Positions 34,913-43,746 of a stretch of 64,000 nt of DNA are shown piece after piece. The stretch's first letter is position 1; each line of letters opens with the position of its first letter. The stretch is from Candidatus Sulfotelmatobacter sp. (GTDB lineage: Bacteria > Acidobacteriota > Terriglobia > Terriglobales > Acidobacteriaceae), in NCBI GenBank assembly GCA_049800135.1, contig JBARJF010000103.1, positions 5,975-69,974 of the forward strand, read 5' to 3'. A program made the translations under genes and the position numbers. The notes under the pieces were generated by a model. The model saw only the letters and a list, made by a program, of their open reading frames with translations, searched no databases and was not told where the DNA came from.

Positions 34913-36883
34913 ATGGCTTTTAGGAACCTTCTCATGTCCTGGGCCCGACAAATTGGCGCACGCGCCTACATCGCCGGAATGGCGGTGACGGCGCTGGGCT
35001 GCTTCGTCCTCGCGTTCTTTCACTGGCAGTCGACCGATCCGGTGAAGTTCGCGTGCTACCTGATAGCGGCGATGCTGGCATCGTCGCTGAAGGTGAGCCT
35101 GCCCGGAATTGAGGGGACGCTATCGGTCAATTTTCTATTCACGCTGATTGGCATTCTGGAACTGAGTTTGCCGGAGACCCTGCTGCTGGGAGTGGTGAGC
35201 ACGCTGGCGCAGTTCTATTGGAAGCCGGCGCGGCGGTTGAAGCCAGTGCAACTGGTATTCAATGTGTCGCAAGTGACGGTGTGCAGCGCGGCGGCGTATG
35301 GGGCTTACCAACTGGTTTCGATTTATATTCTGCATGCTGCGGGACCGTTGGGGCTGCTGGTGGCGGCGGTGAGCTACTTTGCCTGCAATACGGCGGCGAT
35401 GTCGGCCATCATCGGGCTGACGGAAGACAAACCCATGGCGAAGGTTTGGAGCGAGAGCTATCTGTGGTCGTTTCCCTACTACATGGTGGGAGCGGCGATT
35501 GCGGGGCTGGTCAGCTTTTTGAACCGGCACATAGGATGGCAAGCGTCGCTGCTGGTGTTGCCGCCGATCTACCTGATGTACCGCTCGTACCGGCTTTATC
35601 TGGGCAAGCTGGAAGCGGAAAAGCAGCACGCGGAGAAAGTTTCGAATCTTCACTTGCGAACCATTGAAGCGCTTGCCCTGGCCATTGAAGCCAAGGATCA
35701 AACCACGGGAGACCACCTGCAACGGGTGCGCATTTATGCGATGGAGCTGGCGCGGGAGCTGGGGTTGACGGAAGACGAAACGGAAGCGCTGCGGGCGGCT
35801 TCGGTGCTGCACGATATTGGGAAGCTGGCGGTGCCGGAACATATTATTTCCAAGCCGGGCAAGCTGACGCCGGAAGAGTTCGAGAAGATGAAGATCCATC
35901 CCATTGTGGGGGCCGAAATTCTGGAGCAGGTGGATTTTCCGTATCCGGTGGTGCCGATTGTGCGGGCGCATCACGAGAAATGGGACGGAAGCGGCTATCC
36001 GAGCGGACTGGAGGGAGAGGCGATCCCGATTGGGGCACGCATTCTGGCGGCGGTGGACTGCCTGGACGCGCTGGCTTCAGACCGGCAATACCGGAGAGCT
36101 TTGCCGCTGCACGAAGCGATGGCCAAGGTAGCTTCAGAGGCAGGGACGAGTTTTGATCCGCGGGTAGTGGGGATTCTGCAGCGGCGGTATGTGGAACTGG
36201 AGAGGCTGGCGAGGGAGCAACCGGTGCAGGCTCCGGCGAGATTATCGACTGACATCAAGGTGGAGCGGGGGTTGGCGCCGGCGGCGGGCTTCGCGAAATC
36301 CTCGGAGCCGGTGGCGCAGGAACGGGAGCTGGCCCAGGACTACGTTGGAGTGGTGGCGGCGGCGCGGCGGGAAGCGGAGGCGCTGGCAGAGTTTGGACTC
36401 AAGCTGGGCGCAGCGCTCAGCCTGGAAGACACACTCTCACTGCTTGCGGTGCGGGTGAAGCGGCTGGTGGCGCACGACTCCATGGCGGTGTATGTTCTGA
36501 GGAACGAGGTGCTGGTTCCGGAGTTGGTGAGCGGCGATAATTGCCGGCTGTTTTCTTCGTTGAGGATTCCGATAGGTGAGGGCTTATCGGGTTGGGTGGC
36601 GCAGAATGCCAAGCCGATCTTGAACGGCAATCCGTCGGTAGAGCCGGGTTACCTGAATGATCCGAGCCAATACAGCACACTGCGCTCGGCGCTGGCGGTG
36701 CCGCTGGAAGGAGTTGGGAGCGTGGTGGCCGTGCTGGCGCTCTACCGTGCGCAGGCAGATGGGTTCACTCCGAATGATCTGAGGGTGTTGCAAGCCATGG
36801 GATCGAAGGTGGGGTTGGTGGTGGAGGACGCCATGCAGCGTTCCGGCGGAGGAAAGGGTGTGGCGGCGCGGGTGGGGGGATGA
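34913..36883 (+). CDS. Membrane-bound HD-GYP c-di-GMP phosphodiesterase with a C-terminal GAF domain
   Basis: ~6 predicted TM helices in residues ~15-210. 'LHDIGKLAVPEHI' (HD) and 'AHHEKWDGSGYPSGL' (GYP). C-terminal GAF-like region 'LSGWVAQNAKPILNGN...ALAVPLEG...VLALYR'. Confidence 0.85.
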   Translation: MAFRNLLMSWARQIGARAYIAGMAVTALGCFVLAFFHWQSTDPVKFACYLIAAMLASSLKVSLPGIEGTLSVNFLFTLIGILELSLPETLLLGVVSTLAQFYWKPARRLKPVQLVFNVSQVTVCSAAAYGAYQLVSIYILHAAGPLGLLVAAVSYFACNTAAMSAIIGLTEDKPMAKVWSESYLWSFPYYMVGAAIAGLVSFLNRHIGWQASLLVLPPIYLMYRSYRLYLGKLEAEKQHAEKVSNLHLRTIEALALAIEAKDQTTGDHLQRVRIYAMELARELGLTEDETEALRAASVLHDIGKLAVPEHIISKPGKLTPEEFEKMKIHPIVGAEILEQVDFPYPVVPIVRAHHEKWDGSGYPSGLEGEAIPIGARILAAVDCLDALASDRQYRRALPLHEAMAKVASEAGTSFDPRVVGILQRRYVELERLAREQPVQAPARLSTDIKVERGLAPAAGFAKSSEPVAQERELAQDYVGVVAAARREAEALAEFGLKLGAALSLEDTLSLLAVRVKRLVAHDSMAVYVLRNEVLVPELVSGDNCRLFSSLRIPIGEGLSGWVAQNAKPILNGNPSVEPGYLNDPSQYSTLRSALAVPLEGVGSVVAVLALYRAQADGFTPNDLRVLQAMGSKVGLVVEDAMQRSGGGKGVAARVGG

Positions 36884-37183
36884 GGGGTGGTGGGCTCAGG
36901 TTGCCGGTGTCCGGGGTCGCCACTTCTGGCAAAGGCGAGAAATGGGGCACTGCGGCATATCCCGCCGAGCCTTCGAATCCCGATGAAATTGTAGAACGAT
37001 CAAATTGAGGAGCAGAGTTAAAGCGCTGGACAGGAGTGTCCGAGCTACCGGGGCGGGTCTTTGGGGGGAATCTAGTTCCTACCCTTAACTAACTCGTAAT
37101 CAGGCTTTTATCCCGGTAGCATCCGTGATATAACCGCCCGTGAGCACTAAAAGTGGTCGATCCGCCTGTCAGGAGCGTATTTG

Positions 37184-37561
37184 ATGGTATTGGCCCCGGT
37201 AGCGGAGGGAGAAGGACCAAGCCACAAAAGAGGAGGCACTGTGTCCGAAGCACGGACCGGAAAAAGATTTCCGCTGGAATTGCCGATCAAGATTCATAAG
37301 GAGAGCGCCAGCGGCGAAGCCCAAGGGCTTACGGGGAATTTAAGCGCGGCGGGAGTTTACATTCGCGCCGACGCAGCGCTGGAGATTGGTTCGCCGGTGG
37401 AGTTTGAGATCACGCTTCCACCCGATGTCACGGGGGGACAGGAGAACGTGGTGATCCAGTGCAAGGGGCGGGTGGTGCGCACTGACCCGACGGGGGCGAG
37501 CGCGGAAGGCAAGGGCGTGGCCTGCGTGATCGATTCGTATGAGTTCCTCAGGAACTCTTAG
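37184..37561 (+). CDS. Stand-alone PilZ domain protein
   Basis: RxxxR 'RTGKRFPLELPI' and N-x-S-x-x-G 'GNLSAAGVYI'. AGGAG (37171-37175) lies 8 nt upstream of the ATG at 37184. Confidence 0.7.
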   Translation: MVLAPVAEGEGPSHKRGGTVSEARTGKRFPLELPIKIHKESASGEAQGLTGNLSAAGVYIRADAALEIGSPVEFEITLPPDVTGGQENVVIQCKGRVVRTDPTGASAEGKGVACVIDSYEFLRNS

Positions 37562-37734
37562 ATTTTTGGAAGTTGGAGTTGTGCCGTTTAATAAGGAAGC
37601 GAGCCAGAGGGGCCCTTCGGTGGCCATCGCTCTTTCAGGGCAGGGCTCTGAGGGGCGCGGGGCTTGCCTGGGATGCTTGGGCGGGCAAAAGCGCCGCCTC
37701 AGAATGACACGGGAATTTTTGGAGCGTCGATAAC

Positions 37735-38409
37735 ATGCTCAAACTGATACTGGCCGACAACCAGGCAATCTTCCGCGCCGGCATCGCGAAGGTGCTGGCG
37801 GTGGAAGACGAGATGCGCATAGTGGCGCAGGCTCAAACGCCGGAGCAGATGTTCATGGCTCTGGATAAATTCCGCGCCGCGGTGCTGGTGGTGGCGGCGG
37901 GATTTCACAACGACTTTGCCGCGATTGTGCAGTCAGCCAACCGCGCCAAGACGCGCGTGGTGGTGCTGGCCGATACGGGCGAGAGCGCGCAGCGCCATAT
38001 GGCAAACGGGGCGCATGGCGTGGTCTACCGCAACGTGACCAGCGCGGCGCTGGTGGACTGCGTGCGCAAGGTGGCGCGCGGGGAGACCTGGGTGCAGGAC
38101 GTGGCGGTGCCCAGCGAGCTGACGGAAAACGATATGGTGGGACTGCGGGTTCGCGACCGGTTGACGGCGAAGGAGCTGCGCATTGTGGCGCTGATCGTGC
38201 AGGGTTACAAGAACAAGGAAATTGCCACGCAACTGGGGACGACGGAGCAGGTGATCAAAAATTATCTGCGCAACGTGTATGACAAGATTGGGGTTTCGGA
38301 CCGGCTGGAACTGGCTCTGTTCACGATCCATCACCGGATTCTGAATGAGGCGGCCGCGGCAACCACCGCGGGGCCGGCGCCACAGCCGCCGGCGGGAGTT
38401 ATGCCGTAA
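37735..38409 (+). CDS. NarL/LuxR-family regulator with a pseudo-receiver domain lacking the phospho-acceptor Asp
   Basis: LuxR HTH 'LTAKELRIVALIVQGYKNKEIATQLGTTEQVIKNYLRNVYDKIG'. In the REC-like part, 'ILADNQ' replaces DD, 'AVLVVAAGF' occupies the D-x-x-M-P position, and 'GVVYR' replaces the conserved Lys. Confidence 0.8.
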   Translation: MLKLILADNQAIFRAGIAKVLAVEDEMRIVAQAQTPEQMFMALDKFRAAVLVVAAGFHNDFAAIVQSANRAKTRVVVLADTGESAQRHMANGAHGVVYRNVTSAALVDCVRKVARGETWVQDVAVPSELTENDMVGLRVRDRLTAKELRIVALIVQGYKNKEIATQLGTTEQVIKNYLRNVYDKIGVSDRLELALFTIHHRILNEAAAATTAGPAPQPPAGVMP

Positions 38410-38431
38410 GGGAGTTTGCATTTCATTCTTT

Positions 38432-38461
38432 AAGGCCGCCTTTGCGGGCGGCCTTTTTGTT
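38432..38461 (+). terminator. Rho-independent terminator after the LuxR-type gene
   Basis: AAGGCCGCC-TTTGCG-GGCGGCCTT followed by TTTGTTT. Confidence 0.8.
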
Positions 38462-38487
38462 TCCGGGCTCGTGCGGAGAGGTTCCCT

Positions 38488-38549
38488 CAGCGGCTAAAGC
38501 CGGAGTCTATTCACAGTTCGAAACGGCACGACAGAAGTCGTGCCCTTCC
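38488..38549 (+). repeat. REP-like element (GGCTAAAGCC head + GC hairpin with GAAG-type loop)
   Basis: GGCTAAAGCC (38492-38501), then the hairpin GGCACGAC-AGAA-GTCGTGCC (38525-38544), then CTTCC. The same layout occurs at 43066-43125. Confidence 0.45.
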
Positions 38550-38647
38550 CGATCTGTCCTCCTCCTTGAATTCAGCGCTCCCCATGAAGCAGTTTGAGAA
38601 CTGCTTTTTGAGCGCATCGTCCTCTCGCCACTGGGCATCTAGTCTCT

Positions 38648-39691
38648 ATGGAATTTAGAACGCTGGGACGCTCTGGGTTGAAAGTACCCGTGTTGAGTTA
38701 TGGCACGGGAACATTTGGCGGGTCGAACGAATTCTTTGGCGCGTGGGGCGCGAGCGACGTGGCCGAAGCAACGCGGCTGGTGGACATCTGCCTGGAGGCG
38801 GGGGTGAATCTTTTCGACACGGCGGACGTTTATTCGGACGGGCTCTCGGAGACAATTCTGGGGAAGGCGGTTGCCGGGCGGCGCGATGAGGTTCTGATCT
38901 CGACAAAAGCGACGTTCCGCATGGGGCCGGGACCGAACGATCTGGGATCGTCGCGCTATCACCTGATCCGGGCTTGCGAAGCCAGCTTGCGGAGACTGGG
39001 CACCGACTACATTGACATCTATCATCTGCACGGATTTGACGCGCTCACGCCGGTCGAAGAAGTTCTGAGCACGCTAAATCAGTTGGTGATGAGCGGCAAG
39101 GTGAGATATATAGCGTGTTCGAATTTTTCGGGCTGGCATTTGATGAAGTCGCTCGACGTCGCCGACAAATATGGCTGGGCGCGGTACGTGGGCCATCAGG
39201 TGTATTACTCGCTGATCGGAAGAGAGTATGAGTGGGAACTGATGCCGCTGGCTTTGGACCAGGGAGTGGGGGCGCTGGTGTGGAGTCCGCTGGGATGGGG
39301 AAGGTTGACAGGAAAGATCCGGCGCGGGAAGCCGTTGCCGGCGGAAAGCCGGCTGCACAAGACCGCGGAGCAAGGGCCGCAGATGGCGGACGAATATTTG
39401 TATAAGGTGGTCGATGCCCTGGATGAGGTTGCGAAAGAGACGGGGAAAACGGTGCCGCAAGTGGCGCTGAACTGGGTGGTGCAGCGGCCTTCGATTTCGA
39501 CGGTGATCATCGGGGCGAGAAACGAGGAGCAGTTGCGGCAGAATCTGGGCGCGGTGGGATGGAATTTGTCTGCGAAGCAGATTGCGAAGTTAGATGGGGC
39601 GAGCGACGTGGCGCCGGTTTATCCGTATTGGCATCAGCGGCAGTTTGTGGAGAGGAATCCGCTGGCGTTGCCGCTTGAAAAAAGTATCTAG
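38648..39691 (+). CDS. Aldo/keto reductase family oxidoreductase
   Basis: 347 aa with 'MEFRTLGRSGLKVPVLSYGTGTFGG', 'NLFDTADVYSDGLSE' and 'IDIYHLHGFD', a typical AKR11/Tas-like pattern. Confidence 0.9.
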   Translation: MEFRTLGRSGLKVPVLSYGTGTFGGSNEFFGAWGASDVAEATRLVDICLEAGVNLFDTADVYSDGLSETILGKAVAGRRDEVLISTKATFRMGPGPNDLGSSRYHLIRACEASLRRLGTDYIDIYHLHGFDALTPVEEVLSTLNQLVMSGKVRYIACSNFSGWHLMKSLDVADKYGWARYVGHQVYYSLIGREYEWELMPLALDQGVGALVWSPLGWGRLTGKIRRGKPLPAESRLHKTAEQGPQMADEYLYKVVDALDEVAKETGKTVPQVALNWVVQRPSISTVIIGARNEEQLRQNLGAVGWNLSAKQIAKLDGASDVAPVYPYWHQRQFVERNPLALPLEKSI

Positions 39692-39697
39692 TATCCA

Positions 39698-39749
39698 GTA
39701 CCCAGTACCTATTATCCGGACGGGATGATTTTCACTTGGTACTGGGTAC
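39698..39749. terminator. 12-bp perfect inverted repeat between convergent genes (possible bidirectional terminator)
   Basis: GTACCCAGTACC (39698-39709) pairs with GGTACTGGGTAC (39738-39749). The loop is 28 nt, long for an intrinsic terminator. Confidence 0.4.
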
Positions 39750-39763
39750 CCGGTGCTGATTCT

Positions 39764-41359
39764 CTAGATTTTTTCTGCTACGGATTTTGCCTGGGTGAAG
39801 AGATACAGGTAATCCGGGCCGCCGGATTTTGAATCGGTGCCCGACATGTTGAACCCGCCGAAAGGATGGGCGCCGACCATGGCGCCGGTGCATTTGCGGT
39901 TGATGTAAAGATTGCCAACGTGGAAGTCGCGGCGGGCGCGGTCGATCTTGTCGCGCGATTTGGTGTAGATGGCGCCGGTTAGCCCGAACTCGGTGTCGTT
40001 GGCGATTTCGAGGGCGTGGTCGAAGCCGCGCGCTTTGATCACCACCAGAACCGGTCCGAAGATTTCTTCCTGCTCGAGTTTTGACTGGGCGGGAATGTCG
40101 GCGATCACCGTAGGCTGGATGTAATAGCCTTCTCCCGCTTCGGTGGCGCGCTCGCCGCCGGTGAGCAGGCGGCCGTCCTTCTTGCCCTGCTCGATGTAGG
40201 CGAGAATCGTCTTCATCGAGCCTTCGTTGATTACGGCGCCCATGTTGGTATTTTCGGCAGGATCGCCGACGGTGATCTTTTCGACGCGGGTTTTGAGTTG
40301 TTCGAGAAATTTATCGTAGACGCGCTCGTCGACGATGGCGCGGGAGCAGGCCGAGCACTTCTGGCCCTGGAAGCCGAATGCGGCCTGGGCGACGCCCTCG
40401 ACGGCGGAATCGATATCGGAATCGGCATCGACGATGATGGCATCTTTGCCGCCCATTTCTAAGATGGTGCGTTTGATCCAGAGCTGGCCGGCGGCTTGCG
40501 TGGCGGCGGTTTTGTTGATGTGGAGCCCGACTTCGCGGGAGCCGGTGAAGGCTACGTAACGCGTCTTGGGATGCGCGACGATGGCGTCGCCGAAACTGGC
40601 CCCGGCGCCGGGGCAGAAGTTGACTACGCCCTCGGGAATGCCGGCTTCTTCGAGAAGCTCGACGAATTTGGCGGCGATGGTGGGGGAATCGCTTGAGGGC
40701 TTGAGGATTACGGTGTTGCCGCTGACGATGGAAGCGACCACCAGGCCGGCCATGATGGCGCAGGGGAAATTCCACGGCGGGATGACCGCGCCGACGCCGA
40801 GCGGGATGTAGGTAAGCGAATCGCGCTCGCCGGGCATCTGCACGGGCGGTTCGGCTTTGGCGAACCGCAGAGCCTCGCGGGCGTAGAACTCGCAGAAGTC
40901 GATGGCCTCGGAAATATCGGCATCGGCTTCGGCCCAGTTTTTACTGACTTCGAAGACGAGCCAGGCCATGTGTTCCATTTTGCGGTCGCGCAGCAGATCC
41001 GCGGTGCGGAACAGAAGGCTGGCGCGCTCTTCGACTGAGGTGTTTTTCCACGATTCGAATGCTTTCAGCGCGGCGGCCATGGCTGGCTCTACATGCTCCT
41101 TGCCGGCCTTCTGGTGAATTCCGACTACTTGCGACGGGCGCGAGGGATTCAGCGATTTGATTTTGTCGGTGGTCTTGAGGCGCTGGCCGCCGATGATGAG
41201 GTCGTACTCGCCACCGAGCTCTCCGCGGACGCGCTCGATGGCGGCGCGCATCTTGCGGGCGGTGTCTTCGTGGCGGAAATCGTAAAAGGGCTCGTTAATG
41301 AAGGGGCCTTGGTGGTGGGACGTGCGCGGCGGCCGGACGGGGAGTTCTAGGGTTGCCAT
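39764..41359 (-). CDS. pruA: L-glutamate gamma-semialdehyde (1-pyrroline-5-carboxylate) dehydrogenase
   Basis: 531-aa aldehyde dehydrogenase fold: 'FTGSREVG', 'LEMGGKDA', catalytic Cys 'GQKCSACSR'. 'NWAEADADISEAIDFCEFYAREA' is typical of RocA/PruA-type P5CDH. Confidence 0.88.
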   Translation of the reverse strand: MATLELPVRPPRTSHHQGPFINEPFYDFRHEDTARKMRAAIERVRGELGGEYDLIIGGQRLKTTDKIKSLNPSRPSQVVGIHQKAGKEHVEPAMAAALKAFESWKNTSVEERASLLFRTADLLRDRKMEHMAWLVFEVSKNWAEADADISEAIDFCEFYAREALRFAKAEPPVQMPGERDSLTYIPLGVGAVIPPWNFPCAIMAGLVVASIVSGNTVILKPSSDSPTIAAKFVELLEEAGIPEGVVNFCPGAGASFGDAIVAHPKTRYVAFTGSREVGLHINKTAATQAAGQLWIKRTILEMGGKDAIIVDADSDIDSAVEGVAQAAFGFQGQKCSACSRAIVDERVYDKFLEQLKTRVEKITVGDPAENTNMGAVINEGSMKTILAYIEQGKKDGRLLTGGERATEAGEGYYIQPTVIADIPAQSKLEQEEIFGPVLVVIKARGFDHALEIANDTEFGLTGAIYTKSRDKIDRARRDFHVGNLYINRKCTGAMVGAHPFGGFNMSGTDSKSGGPDYLYLFTQAKSVAEKI

Positions 41360-41436
41360 GGGAATCCTTTCAAAGGTAAACCGTCAATATCAGGGCTAAG
41401 CCAGTATTTTACACCGCATAAGCCGCCGAGGGGCGA

Positions 41437-42063
41437 GCCGCGGAGCGGCGCCAGAATGCAGCCCTCGGCGCAAGCCGTGGGTAGACGAGCCAGAACATTC
41501 AGCCAGCCCCGGAGGGGCGAAAGAAGTTAACGCCAGATATATCGCTCGTCGTAGGCGATCTTATTTTTCTTAAGGAACGCCACGTATTCCTCTTGAAACG
41601 TCCTCATCTTATGGTGCTCCTCTTGCATTGCGATATATCTGGAAACGGCGGAGACATTCGATTCGCTGACGCTGAAGGCCCCGTATCCCGTTTGCCAAGC
41701 AAAGCGCATGTTCCATTTCTCCTTTACCCAGCCCGAGGAATTGGCTTTCACGACTCGGGCGATCTCCGCCGCAGCGTGCACGGGACGCATGCGGATTAGC
41801 AAATGAACATGATCAGATGTGCCATTGATGATGATGGCGGTGCCGTGCATCTCGCGAATGATGCCACCAAGGTAAGCGAATAGATCGGTTCTGATTGCGG
41901 CGGTAATGAGAGGCCGGCGCTCTTTGGTGCTGAAGATCAGATGAATAACGAGATTGCCGGCGGTATGAGACAACTTTCTTTCGCTCCTTCGAAGCTTGCT
42001 TCTTCTCTCGGTTGCGTTCCCACGGCTCGCGCCGTGGGCTGCATTCGTGCGCCGCTTCGCGGC
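41437..42063 (-). mobile_element. RAYT unit: an IS200-like Y1 transposase gene bracketed by 90-nt inverted REP-bearing repeats
   Basis: The left arm 41437-41526 ends 1 nt before the stop codon. The right arm 41974-42063 begins 1 nt after the proposed TTG start. The arms are reverse complements of each other: the first ~45 nt are mostly identical and the distal ~18 nt are similar. Each arm carries a 7-8-bp hairpin (GCCCNCGG-loop-CCGTGGGC). Confidence 0.7.
41527..41973 (-). CDS. REP-associated tyrosine transposase (IS200/IS605 TnpA-like, Y1 HUH enzyme)
   Basis: 'NLVIHLIFSTKERRPLI', HUH motif 'SDHVHLLI', and a catalytic-Tyr region 'VSRYIAMQEEHH'. No ATG lies in the right place, so a TTG at 41973 is proposed. 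The ORF-track extension to 42081 translates the flanking repeat. Confidence 0.8.
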   Translation of the reverse strand: MSHTAGNLVIHLIFSTKERRPLITAAIRTDLFAYLGGIIREMHGTAIIINGTSDHVHLLIRMRPVHAAAEIARVVKANSSGWVKEKWNMRFAWQTGYGAFSVSESNVSAVSRYIAMQEEHHKMRTFQEEYVAFLKKNKIAYDERYIWR

Positions 42064-42205
42064 TGGGCCGAGAAGGTGCAAGGGGCAAGCATACGCCGCA
42101 ACGACTGCATGGGAACCCTACGGCGGAAAATTGTGCACCTTCGCGTTCCATTTCGGACCTCCCGTATGTGGTGATAGACTCAAGCGTTTTCATTAGAGCA
42201 ACGTT

Positions 42206-43054
42206 ATGGAAATGAAACGTGTGGGAGTGATTGGCGCGGGCACGATGGGCAGCGGCATTGCACAGATATTTGCTGGCGCGGGTTATTCGGTCGTCTTGTG
42301 CGATGTGGAGCAGCGGTTTCTGAATCGCGGCCTCGAGACCGTCATTAAGAATCTTGACCGCGAGGTGACAAAGGACAAGATTTCCGCCGAGGACAAGGAA
42401 TCGGCTTTGCGGCTGATCGATCCTGTGACCGACCGCGCCAAGCTGGCCGAGTGCGATTTCATTGTGGAAGCGGCTACCGAGAAGATTGAGATCAAGACGG
42501 AGATTTTTCGCGATCTGGACCGGGTGGCGCGGCCGGATGTCATCCTGGCTTCGAATACTTCGTCGATTTCTATTACTAAACTCGGCGCGTTGACCAAGCG
42601 TCCCGAAAAGGTGATTGGGATGCACTTTTTCAATCCGGTGCCGGTGATGAAGCTGGTGGAGGTGATTTGCGGGCTGGCTACTTCGGCGGAAACGTTTTAT
42701 GAAACTCGCGATCTGTCGATAAAACTTGCTAAAACGCCGGTGGAGGTGAACGATGCGCCGGGATTTGTTTCGAACCGCGTGTTGATGCCGCTGTTGAACG
42801 AAGCCATGTATGTGGTGATGGAGGGCGTGGCTACGGCTGAGGCGGTGGATGAGGTGTTCAAGCTGGGGATGGCGCATCCCATGGGGCCGCTGACTTTGGC
42901 CGACTTCATTGGACTCGATGTTTGCCTGGACATCATGCGGGTGCTGCAGGAGGGGTTGGGCGATCCTAAGTACCGGCCTTGTCCGCTGCTGATTAAGATG
43001 GTGGATGCAGGGTGGTTGGGGAGGAAGAGCGGGCGGGGGTTTTATCAGTATTAG
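42206..43054 (+). CDS. hbd: 3-hydroxybutyryl-CoA dehydrogenase
   Basis: 282 aa with Rossmann '[15 protein letters not shown]', '[10 protein letters not shown]', 'SNTSSISIT' and '[14 protein letters not shown]'. Confidence 0.9.
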   Translation: MEMKRVGVIGAGTMGSGIAQIFAGAGYSVVLCDVEQRFLNRGLETVIKNLDREVTKDKISAEDKESALRLIDPVTDRAKLAECDFIVEAATEKIEIKTEIFRDLDRVARPDVILASNTSSISITKLGALTKRPEKVIGMHFFNPVPVMKLVEVICGLATSAETFYETRDLSIKLAKTPVEVNDAPGFVSNRVLMPLLNEAMYVVMEGVATAEAVDEVFKLGMAHPMGPLTLADFIGLDVCLDIMRVLQEGLGDPKYRPCPLLIKMVDAGWLGRKSGRGFYQY

Positions 43055-43065
43055 AAACCCCACAC

Positions 43066-43125
43066 AGGGGCTAAAGCCGTTTTGATGTTGGAAGGTTGCG
43101 CGGCGCCGAAGCGTCGCTCTTCCAC
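43066..43125 (+). repeat. REP-like element, second copy of the GGCTAAAGCC-headed family
   Basis: GGCTAAAGCC (43069-43078), then the imperfect hairpin GCGGCGC-CGAA-GCGTCGC, then TCTTCC. It lies directly after the hbd stop. Confidence 0.45.
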
Positions 43126-43172
43126 GTTACCGCAGGCGTTCATGCCTCTTCCGAGAACAAACGCTGGACCGA

Positions 43173-43538
43173 ATGACGACTGAACCAGTTTCGCCGCGAG
43201 CCCGGAGCGATGCGCCGTTTTATCTGCTGGCCGCTCTTGCGGGCGTGGGCATCGGCTGGATGGACGTCACGGTCAACGATCTGCTGCTGACGGCTCTGCT
43301 GGTGCTGATGGCGTGCATGCTGCTCGGGCTGCTGCGCCAGCGCCGGCCGTGGCGATGGGTGGTGGTGGTAGGAAGTTTCATTCCTCTGACCGAGCTGGCA
43401 GCGTACCTGATTCTGGCCGTGAAGCCTACCCGAGCCCAGGTGTATGGATCGTTTCTGGCCTCGCTGCCGGGCGTTGCCGGGGCGTACGGTGGGTCGCTGA
43501 TGCGCGGGGTTATCGATAATCTGCGGCAGGGGAAGTGA
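43173..43538 (+). CDS. Hypothetical small membrane protein (3-4 TM)
   Basis: 121 aa with hydrophobic segments 'FYLLAALAGVGIGW', 'LLLTALLVLMACMLLGLL' and 'VVVVGSFIPLTELAAYLILAV'. No recognisable family. Confidence 0.5.
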   Translation: MTTEPVSPRARSDAPFYLLAALAGVGIGWMDVTVNDLLLTALLVLMACMLLGLLRQRRPWRWVVVVGSFIPLTELAAYLILAVKPTRAQVYGSFLASLPGVAGAYGGSLMRGVIDNLRQGK

Positions 43539-43746
43539 GTGGCGCGGGGTCTTGGGTTTGCAGGTAGTGGGTCGCGGGGGCGAGTTCGGCAATGCTTCCC
43601 ACGTAGGACTTTGGGACCTCACACCCAAGGCCGGGCTTCCCGAAGCTGCGAACCTTCCGGGCTTGCGGTTCCAGCCGATGTGCCAAGGTATTGGATAACC
43701 AAAAAGTTACTCCCGGTTCCACAGGATGGGCGCGTATGCTGCCAGC

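Noticed and set aside
41813-43063. 416-aa minus-strand ORF spanning the RAYT 5' region and the whole of hbd in antisense
   Set aside because: It crosses an intergenic repeat and runs antisense to a canonical 3-hydroxybutyryl-CoA dehydrogenase. Its composition is low-complexity and His/Arg/Gln-rich.
43510-43722. 70-aa minus-strand ORF in the gap between the small membrane protein gene and the MBL gene
   Set aside because: It has no RBS, no motif and an unremarkable composition. The gap is more simply a promoter and leader region for the MBL gene.
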